IMG/VR virus record: IMGVR_UViG_3300042807_000233
Coordinates: 1-29,029 of that record
DNA: 29,029 nucleotides
Strand: one strand, 5' to 3'
Source: a virus
Taxonomy: Duplodnaviria > Caudoviricetes
Shown: piece after piece, positions 6,075 to 15,148 of the stretch
Position numbering within the stretch: the stretch's first letter is position 1
Layout of the letters: each line of letters opens with the position of its first letter
Translations under genes and position numbers: made by a program
Notes under the pieces: model-generated
Told to the model about the DNA's origin: nothing
Databases searched by the model: none
The model's input: only the letters and a program-made list of their open reading frames with translations

Positions 6075-7834
6075 TAGCTGATGGTGACGGTATCAAGGAA
6101 CCAGAGGGCGGGCGTGAGTATTTCAACCGAGTATTGCGTGCCGAACAGCGTTATGGCGGTTGGGTTGGTGAGTGTTACGGTGCATTCACCGCTGCCCAGG
6201 TCGGCAAAGGCGAAGTGAGTTGCTCTTACATATTGATATTCCATAATCGTGGTTGCGCCGGCAATGGCGCAAACGCCAGCATCAGTGTTAAAGATCCTGA
6301 AAGCATACTCAGCTGCTGGAAAACTGGTGGCAGCGTTAGAAGCGGTAAAGTGGGTAATGCTGAGCTTGATTAACGCTGCTCGTTGGGCTGATGAAGCAGC
6401 CGACTTAAACTTAAAGACGATCGTGCCGGTCGTGGCGGTAACACTTGTGGTTGACCCTGCCGCATATCTTTGAGAAATGCCATGGCTGCCGGCCCCAATG
6501 ATGAGTTTGTTATTGGCCACCACCGTGCCGGAGATCTGCCCCAGCGGCTCGGCAGTAGCCCCAACTAGCAGCGCCCCGCCTGGCGAGATCCGCGCCCGCT
6601 CCAGCGTGTTCGTTGCCCACCCAATCACATTGGTCGCCGGCCTGAACAGGCCAGCAGCAGGCACCGTCGTGCCGGTTGGGTTGAGGCTGGCGCCAGTGAT
6701 TGTGCCGGTTGTCAGCACGTTTTGAGCGCCGAAATCCGGGGCGATCTTGCTGCCGGCGATAGCAGCTGAAGCGCTCACGTCCGCATTCACGATCACGCCA
6801 GAGCCGATCGCCGTCACGCCTGAGCTGTTGATCGTCACATCGCCCGTGACTTCAGTGGCGGCCACCAGATTGCTGGAGTTCCCCAGCAGCACCCGGCCAG
6901 CCGTTGCGCCGCTGCCCACCGCATCAGTGATGCCGTAGCCCGCCAGGGTGGTAGGTAGACCCGTGAGGCTGTTGTAGCTGGGCGTGATCGTCACAGGCGA
7001 CCCAGTCCCAGTGATGCGGCCCTTGGCGTCGATCGTGAGGGGTGTGACGCTGGTGGCCGCGTTGTTGACCGTGGCAGCGCTCACCCCGGAGTTCGACAGG
7101 GTGAGCACACCGGTGCTGGCCAGGGTCGCGTCACCCGTGATCTCTGTGACCGTGGCCACGTTGGAGGCGTTGCCCATCACCACCCGTCCGGCGGTGACGG
7201 CTGCCAGCTTGGTCAGGGCGATGGCAGCAGAGGCGTTGATGTCCGCGTTTACGATCGTGCCGTCCACCAGATTGGCGCTGGCCACGGTGATCGCGGTCGG
7301 CAGGGCTCCGGTTGCGAGCTTGGAGAGCGCAATGGCCGCATTGCTGGCCACGCTGGCGTTCACAACGCTGTCGGCGGTTGGCGCAGCGGTGATCGTGATG
7401 TTGTTGGTTCCGTCGAACGAAACCCCGTTGATCGTTCGGGCCGTGGCCAGCTTGGTGGCGGTGGCTGCATTGCCGTCCAGGTCGGCATCGATGAGATTGG
7501 CGGCGAAGTTACCTGACGCATCACGCCGCACCAGGGAGCTGACGACGGCGGCAGCAGTGGCCCCGTCCAGCAGGCTGAACTGTGCAGCGGACATGAAACC
7601 CGCCCCGCTGCTGCTGGCCAGGGCGTGCAGGCTGGTGCCGGTCTGATTGCCGTGCGCGTGGACGTGATTGCCCCTAGCGGCGCTGCTGGAGTCGCCTGCA
7701 GCGCCCGTCAGCCCTACCGCCTGAGGCGTAGCGGTGCTGAGCGTCGGGCCGATCGCCACCTGTGCGCCGGGGGCGTCCAGAACAGTGACTTCAACACCGG
7801 ACTGCTCGATTACGGTCAGTTCAACCTGAGCCAT
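6074..7834 (-). CDS. Tail fibre protein (586 aa)
   Basis: Ala/Thr/Gly-rich, with fibre motifs GNAATATKLATARTINGVSFDG, three IVNADxxASAAIAxxK-type repeats and PTTLAGYGITDA. The C-terminal domain has distinctly lower GC. Confidence 0.85.
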   Translation of the reverse strand: MAQVELTVIEQSGVEVTVLDAPGAQVAIGPTLSTATPQAVGLTGAAGDSSSAARGNHVHAHGNQTGTSLHALASSSGAGFMSAAQFSLLDGATAAAVVSSLVRRDASGNFAANLIDADLDGNAATATKLATARTINGVSFDGTNNITITAAPTADSVVNASVASNAAIALSKLATGALPTAITVASANLVDGTIVNADINASAAIALTKLAAVTAGRVVMGNASNVATVTEITGDATLASTGVLTLSNSGVSAATVNNAATSVTPLTIDAKGRITGTGSPVTITPSYNSLTGLPTTLAGYGITDAVGSGATAGRVLLGNSSNLVAATEVTGDVTINSSGVTAIGSGVIVNADVSASAAIAGSKIAPDFGAQNVLTTGTITGASLNPTGTTVPAAGLFRPATNVIGWATNTLERARISPGGALLVGATAEPLGQISGTVVANNKLIIGAGSHGISQRYAAGSTTSVTATTGTIVFKFKSAASSAQRAALIKLSITHFTASNAATSFPAAEYAFRIFNTDAGVCAIAGATTIMEYQYVRATHFAFADLGSGECTVTLTNPTAITLFGTQYSVEILTPALWFLDTVTIS

Positions 7835-8214
7835 TAGCTGTTCCTCGAAACGGTTTCGCGGACCTCGACAGGGGCCTTCGCGTAGTAGAACCGATCGGTG
7901 TCAGGCGTGGTGATCGATAGATCCATCTGGTAAGTGGTGCCGACCGGTAGGGCCAGCGCATTAGCAGGGGTCAGCTCCAGATCCAGCATCCCAGGGATTG
8001 GTGTGCCGGATGCCTCCGGCAGCTCCACATTAAAGGTGCCGATTTGCGTGCCGGCAGCGTTCTTGATGTCGGCATCGATCACCGTGCCGTTGGCGGTCAG
8101 GTCCAGCTCAGTGCCATCGATTTTCACGATGAACCGCTTGCGGAATGTGGAGTTGCGCAGGATCACCAGCGGTGCCAGCTCGGCTGGGTAGATCGTCAGC
8201 TGTGGCAGCGTCAT
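7834..8214 (-). CDS. Fibre-attachment beta-sandwich protein (T5 p132/LtfC- or BppU-N-like)
   Basis: Pattern ILRNSTF...LDLT...ADIK...GMLDLELTP...AL...YQMDLSIT...VEVRETVS is typical of collar/adaptor proteins preceding fibres. Confidence 0.65.
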   Translation of the reverse strand: MTLPQLTIYPAELAPLVILRNSTFRKRFIVKIDGTELDLTANGTVIDADIKNAAGTQIGTFNVELPEASGTPIPGMLDLELTPANALALPVGTTYQMDLSITTPDTDRFYYAKAPVEVRETVSRNS

Positions 8215-8372
8215 GGCAGGGATTCCTCGATATTCCGAATCATCGCCTCATCACGTGAATGCGTTGCGTACGGGTCTGTGTTCATGCTAAGCAGCCACTG
8301 ATACAACTCACACGCCAGCACCCGCTCATCAGTGGCGGCAGGGATGTAGCCAGGATCGGATGGGAGAGTCAT
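8211..8372 (-). CDS. Hypothetical protein (53 aa)
   Basis: MTLPSDPGYIPAATDERVLACELYQWLLSMNTDPYATHSRDEAMIRNIEESLP; TGATG and ATGA overlaps fill the gap exactly. Confidence 0.75.
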   Translation of the reverse strand: MTLPSDPGYIPAATDERVLACELYQWLLSMNTDPYATHSRDEAMIRNIEESLP

Positions 8373-11300
8373 CAGAGCACGACGTTAGGGGTGATGTTGA
8401 AGCCATGTTCGGGGCTGATGCCACGGTCGTAGGACCGCAGGCCCATGTTCAGGAAGAAAGTGCCATCGGCCTGATTCAGGGCGGCAGTAGTGATCACGGG
8501 GTTGTATCGCCTGGTGGATGCGCCGAGCGGGTGAGGCTCGCCATAGAACGGCTCAACTAGGCCGGTTGTATCGGCCAGTGTTGAGCCGTTCACCGCTGCC
8601 GTGATTCTGCCGCCGACTGCATAGGTAAGGCCTGATGTTCCGGCAAGGGTGTTCCAGTCGGCCTGAGTAGTGCTGCCTAGCGACAGGATCTGATAGGTAA
8701 CGCCAGCCGCTGTAGAGTTAACATCAATCCCGTACTTAGGCAGGATCTGCGTGGTCTGATTGATTGCCAGGCCTGCCACCTTGAAGATACTTAATGCGGT
8801 GTTGTCAGCAGTTCCGCTGCCCAGCCTGGAATCAGCGGCGAGAAACACTGTTGCTCCGCGCTCCTGATCTATTAGGCCCTCATTGCCTAGCAGCACGCCA
8901 CGGGCCTTAACGGTGTTGTAGCCATTGGAGCCAAACCGGCCAACAAAGCCCTGCGACACGTTGCTGGTTGACGAACCAGAGAATGGAGTCAGGAATGAAC
9001 TGCGAACCACAAGCGACCGCTTGACATGGATGAACTGGTCCAGGAATGGTCCTGAATCATTGTCAGCGGGCTCAGCGCCGGCACTGGTGAGCAGGTGAAT
9101 GTGATTCGCCAGGTAGCGGGTATCAGTTGAGTTCCGGTACCAGCTGCGATCACCAGCGGCTGTGCCCTGGTTGTAACTGACCCTGCCGCCCATCTGATCA
9201 ATCACCACGGGCTCATTGGTGATCGATGAAAGGAACGTGTGATGGAACTGCCGCCAGGTCCAGGGGGTGGCCACTGAGGCTGATCCATAGTGCGCGTCAC
9301 CAGACAGCGGCACGGCATTTGTTACCCCCATGCCGGCGCTGGTGATGGTCGTATTCCCGCGAACGTAGAGGTTGCTCCACCGCAGCTGCACCAGGCCGTT
9401 GGTGGCGATGTACGGCGCACGGGTGGCGCCCAGTGACTCCTTGCGCGATGGCAGGGCAGGGCCGAACACGATCCCGCGCAGATCCGCCACGTCCGTGCTG
9501 TTGCCCTCCAGCTGCAGCACCGGGGTGGTGGTCCAGCTGTCATAGGCCGGGTTGCGGCCATTGCTGATCCTGAGTTGATTCAGGAACGTGTCAACGTTCG
9601 TAGTGGTGTTCGTGGTGAATGCACCGCTGGGGAGGGTGACGCTGCCGGAGACAAGATTCTCTGGAATTATACTTCCCTGTCCATCGACGGGGAAGCTGCC
9701 GCTATTGATATTGATGCGGTTAGCTATCAGCTGCTGAGGTGTAATCGCGCCATCCGCCACCAGCTTGATCAGCTCCGGCACCCCTAGGAAGTGGAACCCG
9801 CCACGGAAGTCCACGCCACGCAGGCAGCGCATCTGCCGGCCGATAGTGTTTACGTGCAGTTGATTGCTAGCGCTTGCGTTGTCGCGCAACTGCAGCACGA
9901 ACGAACGGAAGTTCACCCGCGTGGTCAGGTTGCCGTAGCCCGATCCATCAAACCAGGATTCAGCAGTGGCAGGGTCGCCGGTTTCGGGGAAGATCAGCGG
10001 CCAGCCGGTTTGAGTCGGGTCAGAGGCGCGAAACACCACATTGCACTGCCACACCGACGCCGGGTCGTAGAGCCCCGGCGCAGTCCTGATCTCTGCGGTC
10101 TGGTTGCCGCTGCCGATCACGGCGTTGGCGTACTCCGCTGCCCGCGCCAGGGTCGGGATCGGATTGGCCGGCGCGGTCGGCGGGGTGTCGAACATCTGAT
10201 CGAGCGTCCGGTCTGCCGCCGTGGACTGCACGTAGATCGTGACCGTGCCGGTGGCAGCACTGATCAGCCGTTGCGCCTGCCGCCAGCGGTTCAGGCCGCG
10301 ATAGTCCACCAGCGTTGGGTCAGACTCCATCGCCGAGTCGGTGCTGGCGACGGCGCCGGGCAGCTCGGTCAGCTGGGCGATGCTGGCCAGCTTGCCAGCG
10401 CCAGCGCGGTTGATTTTGGCCTGCGCTTGGCTGCCGAACTCGGCGGTGCCAGTGATCACCACATCCTGCAGCTGTGCAGTGGCGCCCACCTGGATACCGT
10501 TCGGGAAGTCCGTCCGCTGCGCCTCATCCAGGCTTTGTCCGCCGAGCGATTCGGGGCTGATGGTGGCGCCCGTGGCGATGTCTTCGAGGCCCTTGGGTGT
10601 CACCTCGAAGCCGTCTTCGTTGCTGCCCTTGGGCACCACCCGGCCGCCAGCTGCGGAGGTGAAGTAGTAGGTAAACTTATTGAACTCCGACATATCCTGC
10701 TGGACTGCAGGCATAGCTTTTGAGTAGTTACCTGCACCCGCCCATTCCCATTGATGATTGTATAATCTCACTGTACTTGGACGTCTAAATTCTATAGCCC
10801 AATTCCCTAATCCTGTTGCAGCACCACCAGATGGAGCCGTGGGGAAATCAGCTGAACTGCTCGGGTCGCGGTCGCGGCTGCCGGCGGACTGCGGCACCAG
10901 GGCGGCATGGGCGGCAGCATCAGTGAATCCCAGCGCCCGCAGCAGGGCATAGGCGCCCAGGTAGTCGGTGCCGGTGCGGTACTGATCCCGCAGGGGGCCG
11001 GCGCTGGTCCAGATCGTTGTCCAGTTGATCCCCAGCGTGGTGGAATCGTCTGCGTCGCTGGTGTCGGTGTCGAGCACCAGGATGGGCGCCTCCTGGCTGA
11101 TTGCATCCTCAGGGTTGAAGTCCGACGGCATGTGCACGAACGTCTCGCCCCACAGCGCCGGGTCTGGCGATGCACCAGAGCTGACGAACGTCCCCGTGGC
11201 CTGCCAGTGTTTGCCGGCGTGCTTCACCACCGTTCCCTGGCGGTAGAACGTCGCGGTGGCGTAGGTCTTCGAGGGAGCGCCGCGGCGGATGGTCACCTCG

Positions 11301-13270
11301 CTGGTGCGGGTGACTCCGGAGCCAGGCAGGGGGCCCGTGCCGGCGGCGGTCACCATCAGCACCTCCTCCCCGCCAGTGGCCAGCACCCGACCGATCGCCC
11401 CGTTGCTGCGGTTCGGGTCGGTCTGCAACACGGCGTCACGCTGCGGAAGCCTGGCGCTGGCAGTGTTGTTCAGGATCAGGCTGGCCCTCCGCTCAGCAAC
11501 GGTCCTGGTGTCCACCACTCGGCGGATGTAGACCCTCCGGCCCACCACGGCACTGCCTGCGGCCTCATTGGTGCCCGACTGCAGCGGGGCGGCGGTGATG
11601 CCGATTGAGGCCGGTGCAGAGCTGCTCCAGGCGCTGCTGCTCAGCGTGGCCCGCCAGTCAGCGCCAGCGGGGTTGTCGATCCAGATCCGGGTGCCTGAGG
11701 CGAACGAATAGCCCAGGGACTGCAGCAGTGCCGGGTTGGTGGTGCTGCCGGGGTCAATCGCCAAGCCGTTGGTGAGCGTGATGGCTGAGCCGCTCACAGC
11801 GGCCACCACGCCCAGTTCAACGCGGCGGATGTTGGAGGTCTTCTCGCTGAGGTTCAGCGGCACCCGCACCCGGCCGACCGCCCAGTTTTTGTCCTTGTTG
11901 AAGGCGAAGCCCTTGTAACCCTTTGCCAGGGCAGAGCAGCCGCCGAAGGTTGAATTGCCGCCGTTGTCGGTGATCTCCCCGCCGGAGTCCACCATCGTCA
12001 CCTCAGACTGGCCAATCCCGAAGATCGACACCTTCTGTATGTAGGCGTTGTTGATCGCCGAGATGTGCCGGGTCTGGCGTGCAGGATTGCGGCGCACATT
12101 GTCGGGCGCTGCGTTGATGTACTTCTGGTAGTCCTGCGGGGTGTTGGTCAGGCTCACCCAGTTGCCGCCGACATACACCTGCCAGCAGCGCATGTCGGCC
12201 TGCTGGTTGGTGCCGGTGAAGTTGGCGCACACCATGCTGCGCAGACCACTCAGCTTGTTGCCATCCCAGAACGCCCCGCCCATGCCGTAGTCGGAGCGGA
12301 CCGACACGTTGAAGATGTACGGGCTGGCGCCCCTGGTGGTGTCCCACTGCGAGTTGGGCGCCTGGCTCTGATCGATCGGGCCGACGATCTCATACTCACT
12401 GGCGCGGGCTGCCAACAAGGCGCTGCCCAAGTTGGCGCCAGTGCCAACGGTGGATTGGATCTTGGCGTAGAACGTATCAAGCTCGGCCTTACTGGCGGGG
12501 TGGAACACGTCCAGCAGGTGGACAGATTCGGTATGCCCGATCTTGTCCATTGCGGTGTAGTCGAAGAAGAATCCCGTGCCCGAGACCTTCAGGATGCTGC
12601 GGCGGTTGCTGTAGTCCGCGCCCTCATCCGCCACCGCCGGCACCCAATTCGGGCGGATGGTGGTCTTGCGCAAGTCCAGCCCGCGCATCGAACACCCACG
12701 CGGCAGCAGCACGCCGCCAGTCGAGGGGTTGAATGCGATCAGCTCGGCCGGGGTCGGATCCTTCGCCGTGCCCCAGCTCGCCAGGCTGGTAGACCCGCTG
12801 CCGGGATCGTTCAGGGCGATGTGGACACCACCGCTGAGCACGATCGTCACGCAGTCCACGTGCGCCCGTGGATCGCTGTAGGTGTACCAGTTCTTGCTGG
12901 TGATGATTGCCGCTTCAATTGCGGCGCGGTTGATGGTCTTGAAGGGCCGGGCTGAGGTGTATCCACACTCCAGGCGCTGCAGCTCAATCCGCTTCAGCTT
13001 CTGCTGGATGATCTCCGCATCGGTGGCGCCGGCTTCGTGGCTGTTGTAGGCGCCGCCAACGAATCGGTCTGAGCCGATGTACGGATCAACGTAGAGGGTG
13101 AATGGTGCATTCAGGGGGTCAGCAACCGCAAGCGCACCCGCCACCACCCGAGCATTGCCGCCCAGCTGGCGGAGCATGTCGATCAGGACGGCGATCTGCC
13201 CCTTTGCCTCCGCCTGGCTGGCAGCCACGTCAAGGGCGCCGCTTTGCCCTGCCCGCTGCAGCTGGCTCAT
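8372..13270 (-). CDS. Giant tail appendage/tailspike-like protein (1632 aa; alternative TTG start at 13288), cyanophage type
   Basis: YVDP..GSD...RPFKTINRAAIEAA...GGVLLPRGCSMRGLDLRKTTIRP...ASPYIFN motifs, recalled from large cyanophage virion proteins. Also a CBM5/12-like YRQGTVVKHAGKHWQA segment and a second beta-helix-cap-like motif, TIYV...PIPTLARA...PGLY. Confidence 0.8.
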   Translation of the reverse strand: MSQLQRAGQSGALDVAASQAEAKGQIAVLIDMLRQLGGNARVVAGALAVADPLNAPFTLYVDPYIGSDRFVGGAYNSHEAGATDAEIIQQKLKRIELQRLECGYTSARPFKTINRAAIEAAIITSKNWYTYSDPRAHVDCVTIVLSGGVHIALNDPGSGSTSLASWGTAKDPTPAELIAFNPSTGGVLLPRGCSMRGLDLRKTTIRPNWVPAVADEGADYSNRRSILKVSGTGFFFDYTAMDKIGHTESVHLLDVFHPASKAELDTFYAKIQSTVGTGANLGSALLAARASEYEIVGPIDQSQAPNSQWDTTRGASPYIFNVSVRSDYGMGGAFWDGNKLSGLRSMVCANFTGTNQQADMRCWQVYVGGNWVSLTNTPQDYQKYINAAPDNVRRNPARQTRHISAINNAYIQKVSIFGIGQSEVTMVDSGGEITDNGGNSTFGGCSALAKGYKGFAFNKDKNWAVGRVRVPLNLSEKTSNIRRVELGVVAAVSGSAITLTNGLAIDPGSTTNPALLQSLGYSFASGTRIWIDNPAGADWRATLSSSAWSSSAPASIGITAAPLQSGTNEAAGSAVVGRRVYIRRVVDTRTVAERRASLILNNTASARLPQRDAVLQTDPNRSNGAIGRVLATGGEEVLMVTAAGTGPLPGSGVTRTSEVTIRRGAPSKTYATATFYRQGTVVKHAGKHWQATGTFVSSGASPDPALWGETFVHMPSDFNPEDAISQEAPILVLDTDTSDADDSTTLGINWTTIWTSAGPLRDQYRTGTDYLGAYALLRALGFTDAAAHAALVPQSAGSRDRDPSSSADFPTAPSGGAATGLGNWAIEFRRPSTVRLYNHQWEWAGAGNYSKAMPAVQQDMSEFNKFTYYFTSAAGGRVVPKGSNEDGFEVTPKGLEDIATGATISPESLGGQSLDEAQRTDFPNGIQVGATAQLQDVVITGTAEFGSQAQAKINRAGAGKLASIAQLTELPGAVASTDSAMESDPTLVDYRGLNRWRQAQRLISAATGTVTIYVQSTAADRTLDQMFDTPPTAPANPIPTLARAAEYANAVIGSGNQTAEIRTAPGLYDPASVWQCNVVFRASDPTQTGWPLIFPETGDPATAESWFDGSGYGNLTTRVNFRSFVLQLRDNASASNQLHVNTIGRQMRCLRGVDFRGGFHFLGVPELIKLVADGAITPQQLIANRININSGSFPVDGQGSIIPENLVSGSVTLPSGAFTTNTTTNVDTFLNQLRISNGRNPAYDSWTTTPVLQLEGNSTDVADLRGIVFGPALPSRKESLGATRAPYIATNGLVQLRWSNLYVRGNTTITSAGMGVTNAVPLSGDAHYGSASVATPWTWRQFHHTFLSSITNEPVVIDQMGGRVSYNQGTAAGDRSWYRNSTDTRYLANHIHLLTSAGAEPADNDSGPFLDQFIHVKRSLVVRSSFLTPFSGSSTSNVSQGFVGRFGSNGYNTVKARGVLLGNEGLIDQERGATVFLAADSRLGSGTADNTALSIFKVAGLAINQTTQILPKYGIDVNSTAAGVTYQILSLGSTTQADWNTLAGTSGLTYAVGGRITAAVNGSTLADTTGLVEPFYGEPHPLGASTRRYNPVITTAALNQADGTFFLNMGLRSYDRGISPEHGFNITPNVVL

Positions 13271-13302
13271 CTGGTTACGGCGGCTCAATTCCTGCCCTCA
13301 GG

Positions 13303-14346
13303 CTATGGAGCCTCCTTTGCCAGCCTGATCTGGCCGGTCGCCACGAACTGCGCTGAGATCAGGATCACGTCGGTGGCGCTGGTGTTCACTGCCGTCTTGC
13401 CCAGCAGGATGTCGGTTTCGTAGAAGATCCGCTCTCGCACGTGGGTGGCCACGTTGCTAGTCCGCTGATCCACCAGCTGGAACCGAGCGCGGGCCTTGCT
13501 GCCCTGGCTGGTAAGCATCATTAGCCGGAGCATTCCTAGGCCGCTCTGCTCCCCTACTACGCGGCTGTGATCCATCTCCCCGTTGAACGATCCAGCGCCG
13601 CGCAAGGCACCCTTGGCGTACTCGCCGAACGCCTGGCCGATCGCTTCCTGGTCCAACTGGGCCGCGTCCATCTCGAACACCCACCCGGTCAGATCGCACT
13701 GCATCAACCAGCCGCGCTCTTCCGCATCCGCTGCCGTGTCGCTCAAGACCTGCGGCACCGGTGCCAGGTTCTGAGCCGGTTGCTCACCCTCGGGGATCTC
13801 CAGGTCCTCGATGGCCTGCAGCAGAGCCAGCGCTGCGGCCACGTAGCCGGAGCGGCTGGAGGCCGGCAGGATCAGCATTGGGCCGGGGCTCACGTTCCGC
13901 AGCGGGATCAGGCCCTGGCTGCCGCCGTTGATCGCGTCCAGCTCGGTGCTGTAGAACCGCACATCGTCCATCTCATCGCGGTGGATGTAGGCCGTCGCGG
14001 TCTGCTGAAACCCGACCGTCTGCGCCGACTCCCAGAACCGCGCCGATGGGTTGGCGCTCCAGAACCCGCCGTTGACCGTCCGCGCCGCCAGGGCGGGCCC
14101 CACGGCGGTCTCCCCACCAGTCCAGAACGCATGGCCATCGGGGCAGGGCGCCGCGCCGTTGATGCCGATCCCGAGCGGCACGCCGCGCAAGCTCACCAGC
14201 AGCACCTCATCGCCCGACTGGAACGCCAGATCGGTCAGGTCCAGCGATGGGGAGTCGCCGCGCTGCAGCCGCTGATCTGCCAGCACTGTGGGCGCCGGCC
14301 ACTCCCGGCTCAGTTCAACAATCCCCTTGCGGCCTTCTACAGCCAT
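13303..14346 (-). CDS. Virion structural protein with a tail-tube-like C-terminal domain
   Basis: N-terminal MAVEGRKGIVEL plus C-terminal W.FEMD..LD..AIG..F.EY..G...G.GSF...ISAQFVATGQI, which resembles the adjacent 131-aa tube-like protein. Confidence 0.6.
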   Translation of the reverse strand: MAVEGRKGIVELSREWPAPTVLADQRLQRGDSPSLDLTDLAFQSGDEVLLVSLRGVPLGIGINGAAPCPDGHAFWTGGETAVGPALAARTVNGGFWSANPSARFWESAQTVGFQQTATAYIHRDEMDDVRFYSTELDAINGGSQGLIPLRNVSPGPMLILPASSRSGYVAAALALLQAIEDLEIPEGEQPAQNLAPVPQVLSDTAADAEERGWLMQCDLTGWVFEMDAAQLDQEAIGQAFGEYAKGALRGAGSFNGEMDHSRVVGEQSGLGMLRLMMLTSQGSKARARFQLVDQRTSNVATHVRERIFYETDILLGKTAVNTSATDVILISAQFVATGQIRLAKEAP

Positions 14347-14741
14347 CAGAGAGCACGGCCGGGTTTGCCGTTGATCACGAACGAGATGCTTACCTGGGTG
14401 TTGTCGCCCACGCTGGTGGCGATGCCTTGCGAATTGATCAGCGCGGGGCCAGAGATGGACTTGCTGCCGCCCTTGTAGATCGTCATTACCAGATCATCTG
14501 GCGTCTCACCATCATCGAAGATCCGATTCATCAGGTTCACCGTGGCCTGATCGTCGGTTTTGTAGAGCAGCGTGGCCGATCCGCTGGTGGTGCGTTTGCC
14601 GTAGCTGAAGGTATCGTCCAGCTCGCCTACGCCGGTCGTTTCCAGCGTCTGCCGCTGGGTTTCCATGCTGATGCTGCGGATCTTGGCCACCTTCTGGCCC
14701 TGGAATCGCACCTCGCCGTGCGTTGCGTTGGCGACAGTCAT
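14346..14741 (-). CDS. Small tail-tube-fold protein (131 aa)
   Basis: G.VRF.G..VAKIRSISME....LETT..G...TF..G....SGSATLLY...ISG.ALI...VSISF...G pattern. Confidence 0.65.
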   Translation of the reverse strand: MTVANATHGEVRFQGQKVAKIRSISMETQRQTLETTGVGELDDTFSYGKRTTSGSATLLYKTDDQATVNLMNRIFDDGETPDDLVMTIYKGGSKSISGPALINSQGIATSVGDNTQVSISFVINGKPGRAL

Positions 14742-14761
14742 CAGGAGGCCTCGACCTTTGC

Positions 14762-15148
14762 CTACAGTCTAAGTTCCGCTCTGAATGTGCACCGGCAGGT
14801 GATCCGCCGGCCCCCCTGCACCCGGCTGCCCTCAGGGGGGCTGGCCCAGTACCACTTCAGGCCAGGGCCGGGGTTGAACAGGTCCACATCGGTGAGATTC
14901 TTGCCAACGATCGCGGGGAACGTCACGTCGAACACCTTGCCCCGTGCTGCCGTGTGCGCCGCTTTGATCAGCGCATAGGCCGCCTGGGTGATGTTGGCGA
15001 ACTCCAGGGTCATCGGCGCATCGCTGGCGCGGTCGCCCCACTGACGCACCGACCGCACGCCGGACTGTGAGCGCATCTCGGTCACAGGGAAGTCCGGCTC
15101 GCCAAACTCGTGGCCGGTGGGTTGGATCTCGGGGAATTGAACCGTCAT
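14762..15148 (-). CDS. Minor tail protein, distal-tail/lambda gpM-like
   Basis: 128 aa with FP.I.P...SQSG...R......MTLEFANI...H....G.F...KWYWASPP pattern. Confidence 0.6.
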   Translation of the reverse strand: MTVQFPEIQPTGHEFGEPDFPVTEMRSQSGVRSVRQWGDRASDAPMTLEFANITQAAYALIKAAHTAARGKVFDVTFPAIVGKNLTDVDLFNPGPGLKWYWASPPEGSRVQGGRRITCRCTFRAELRL

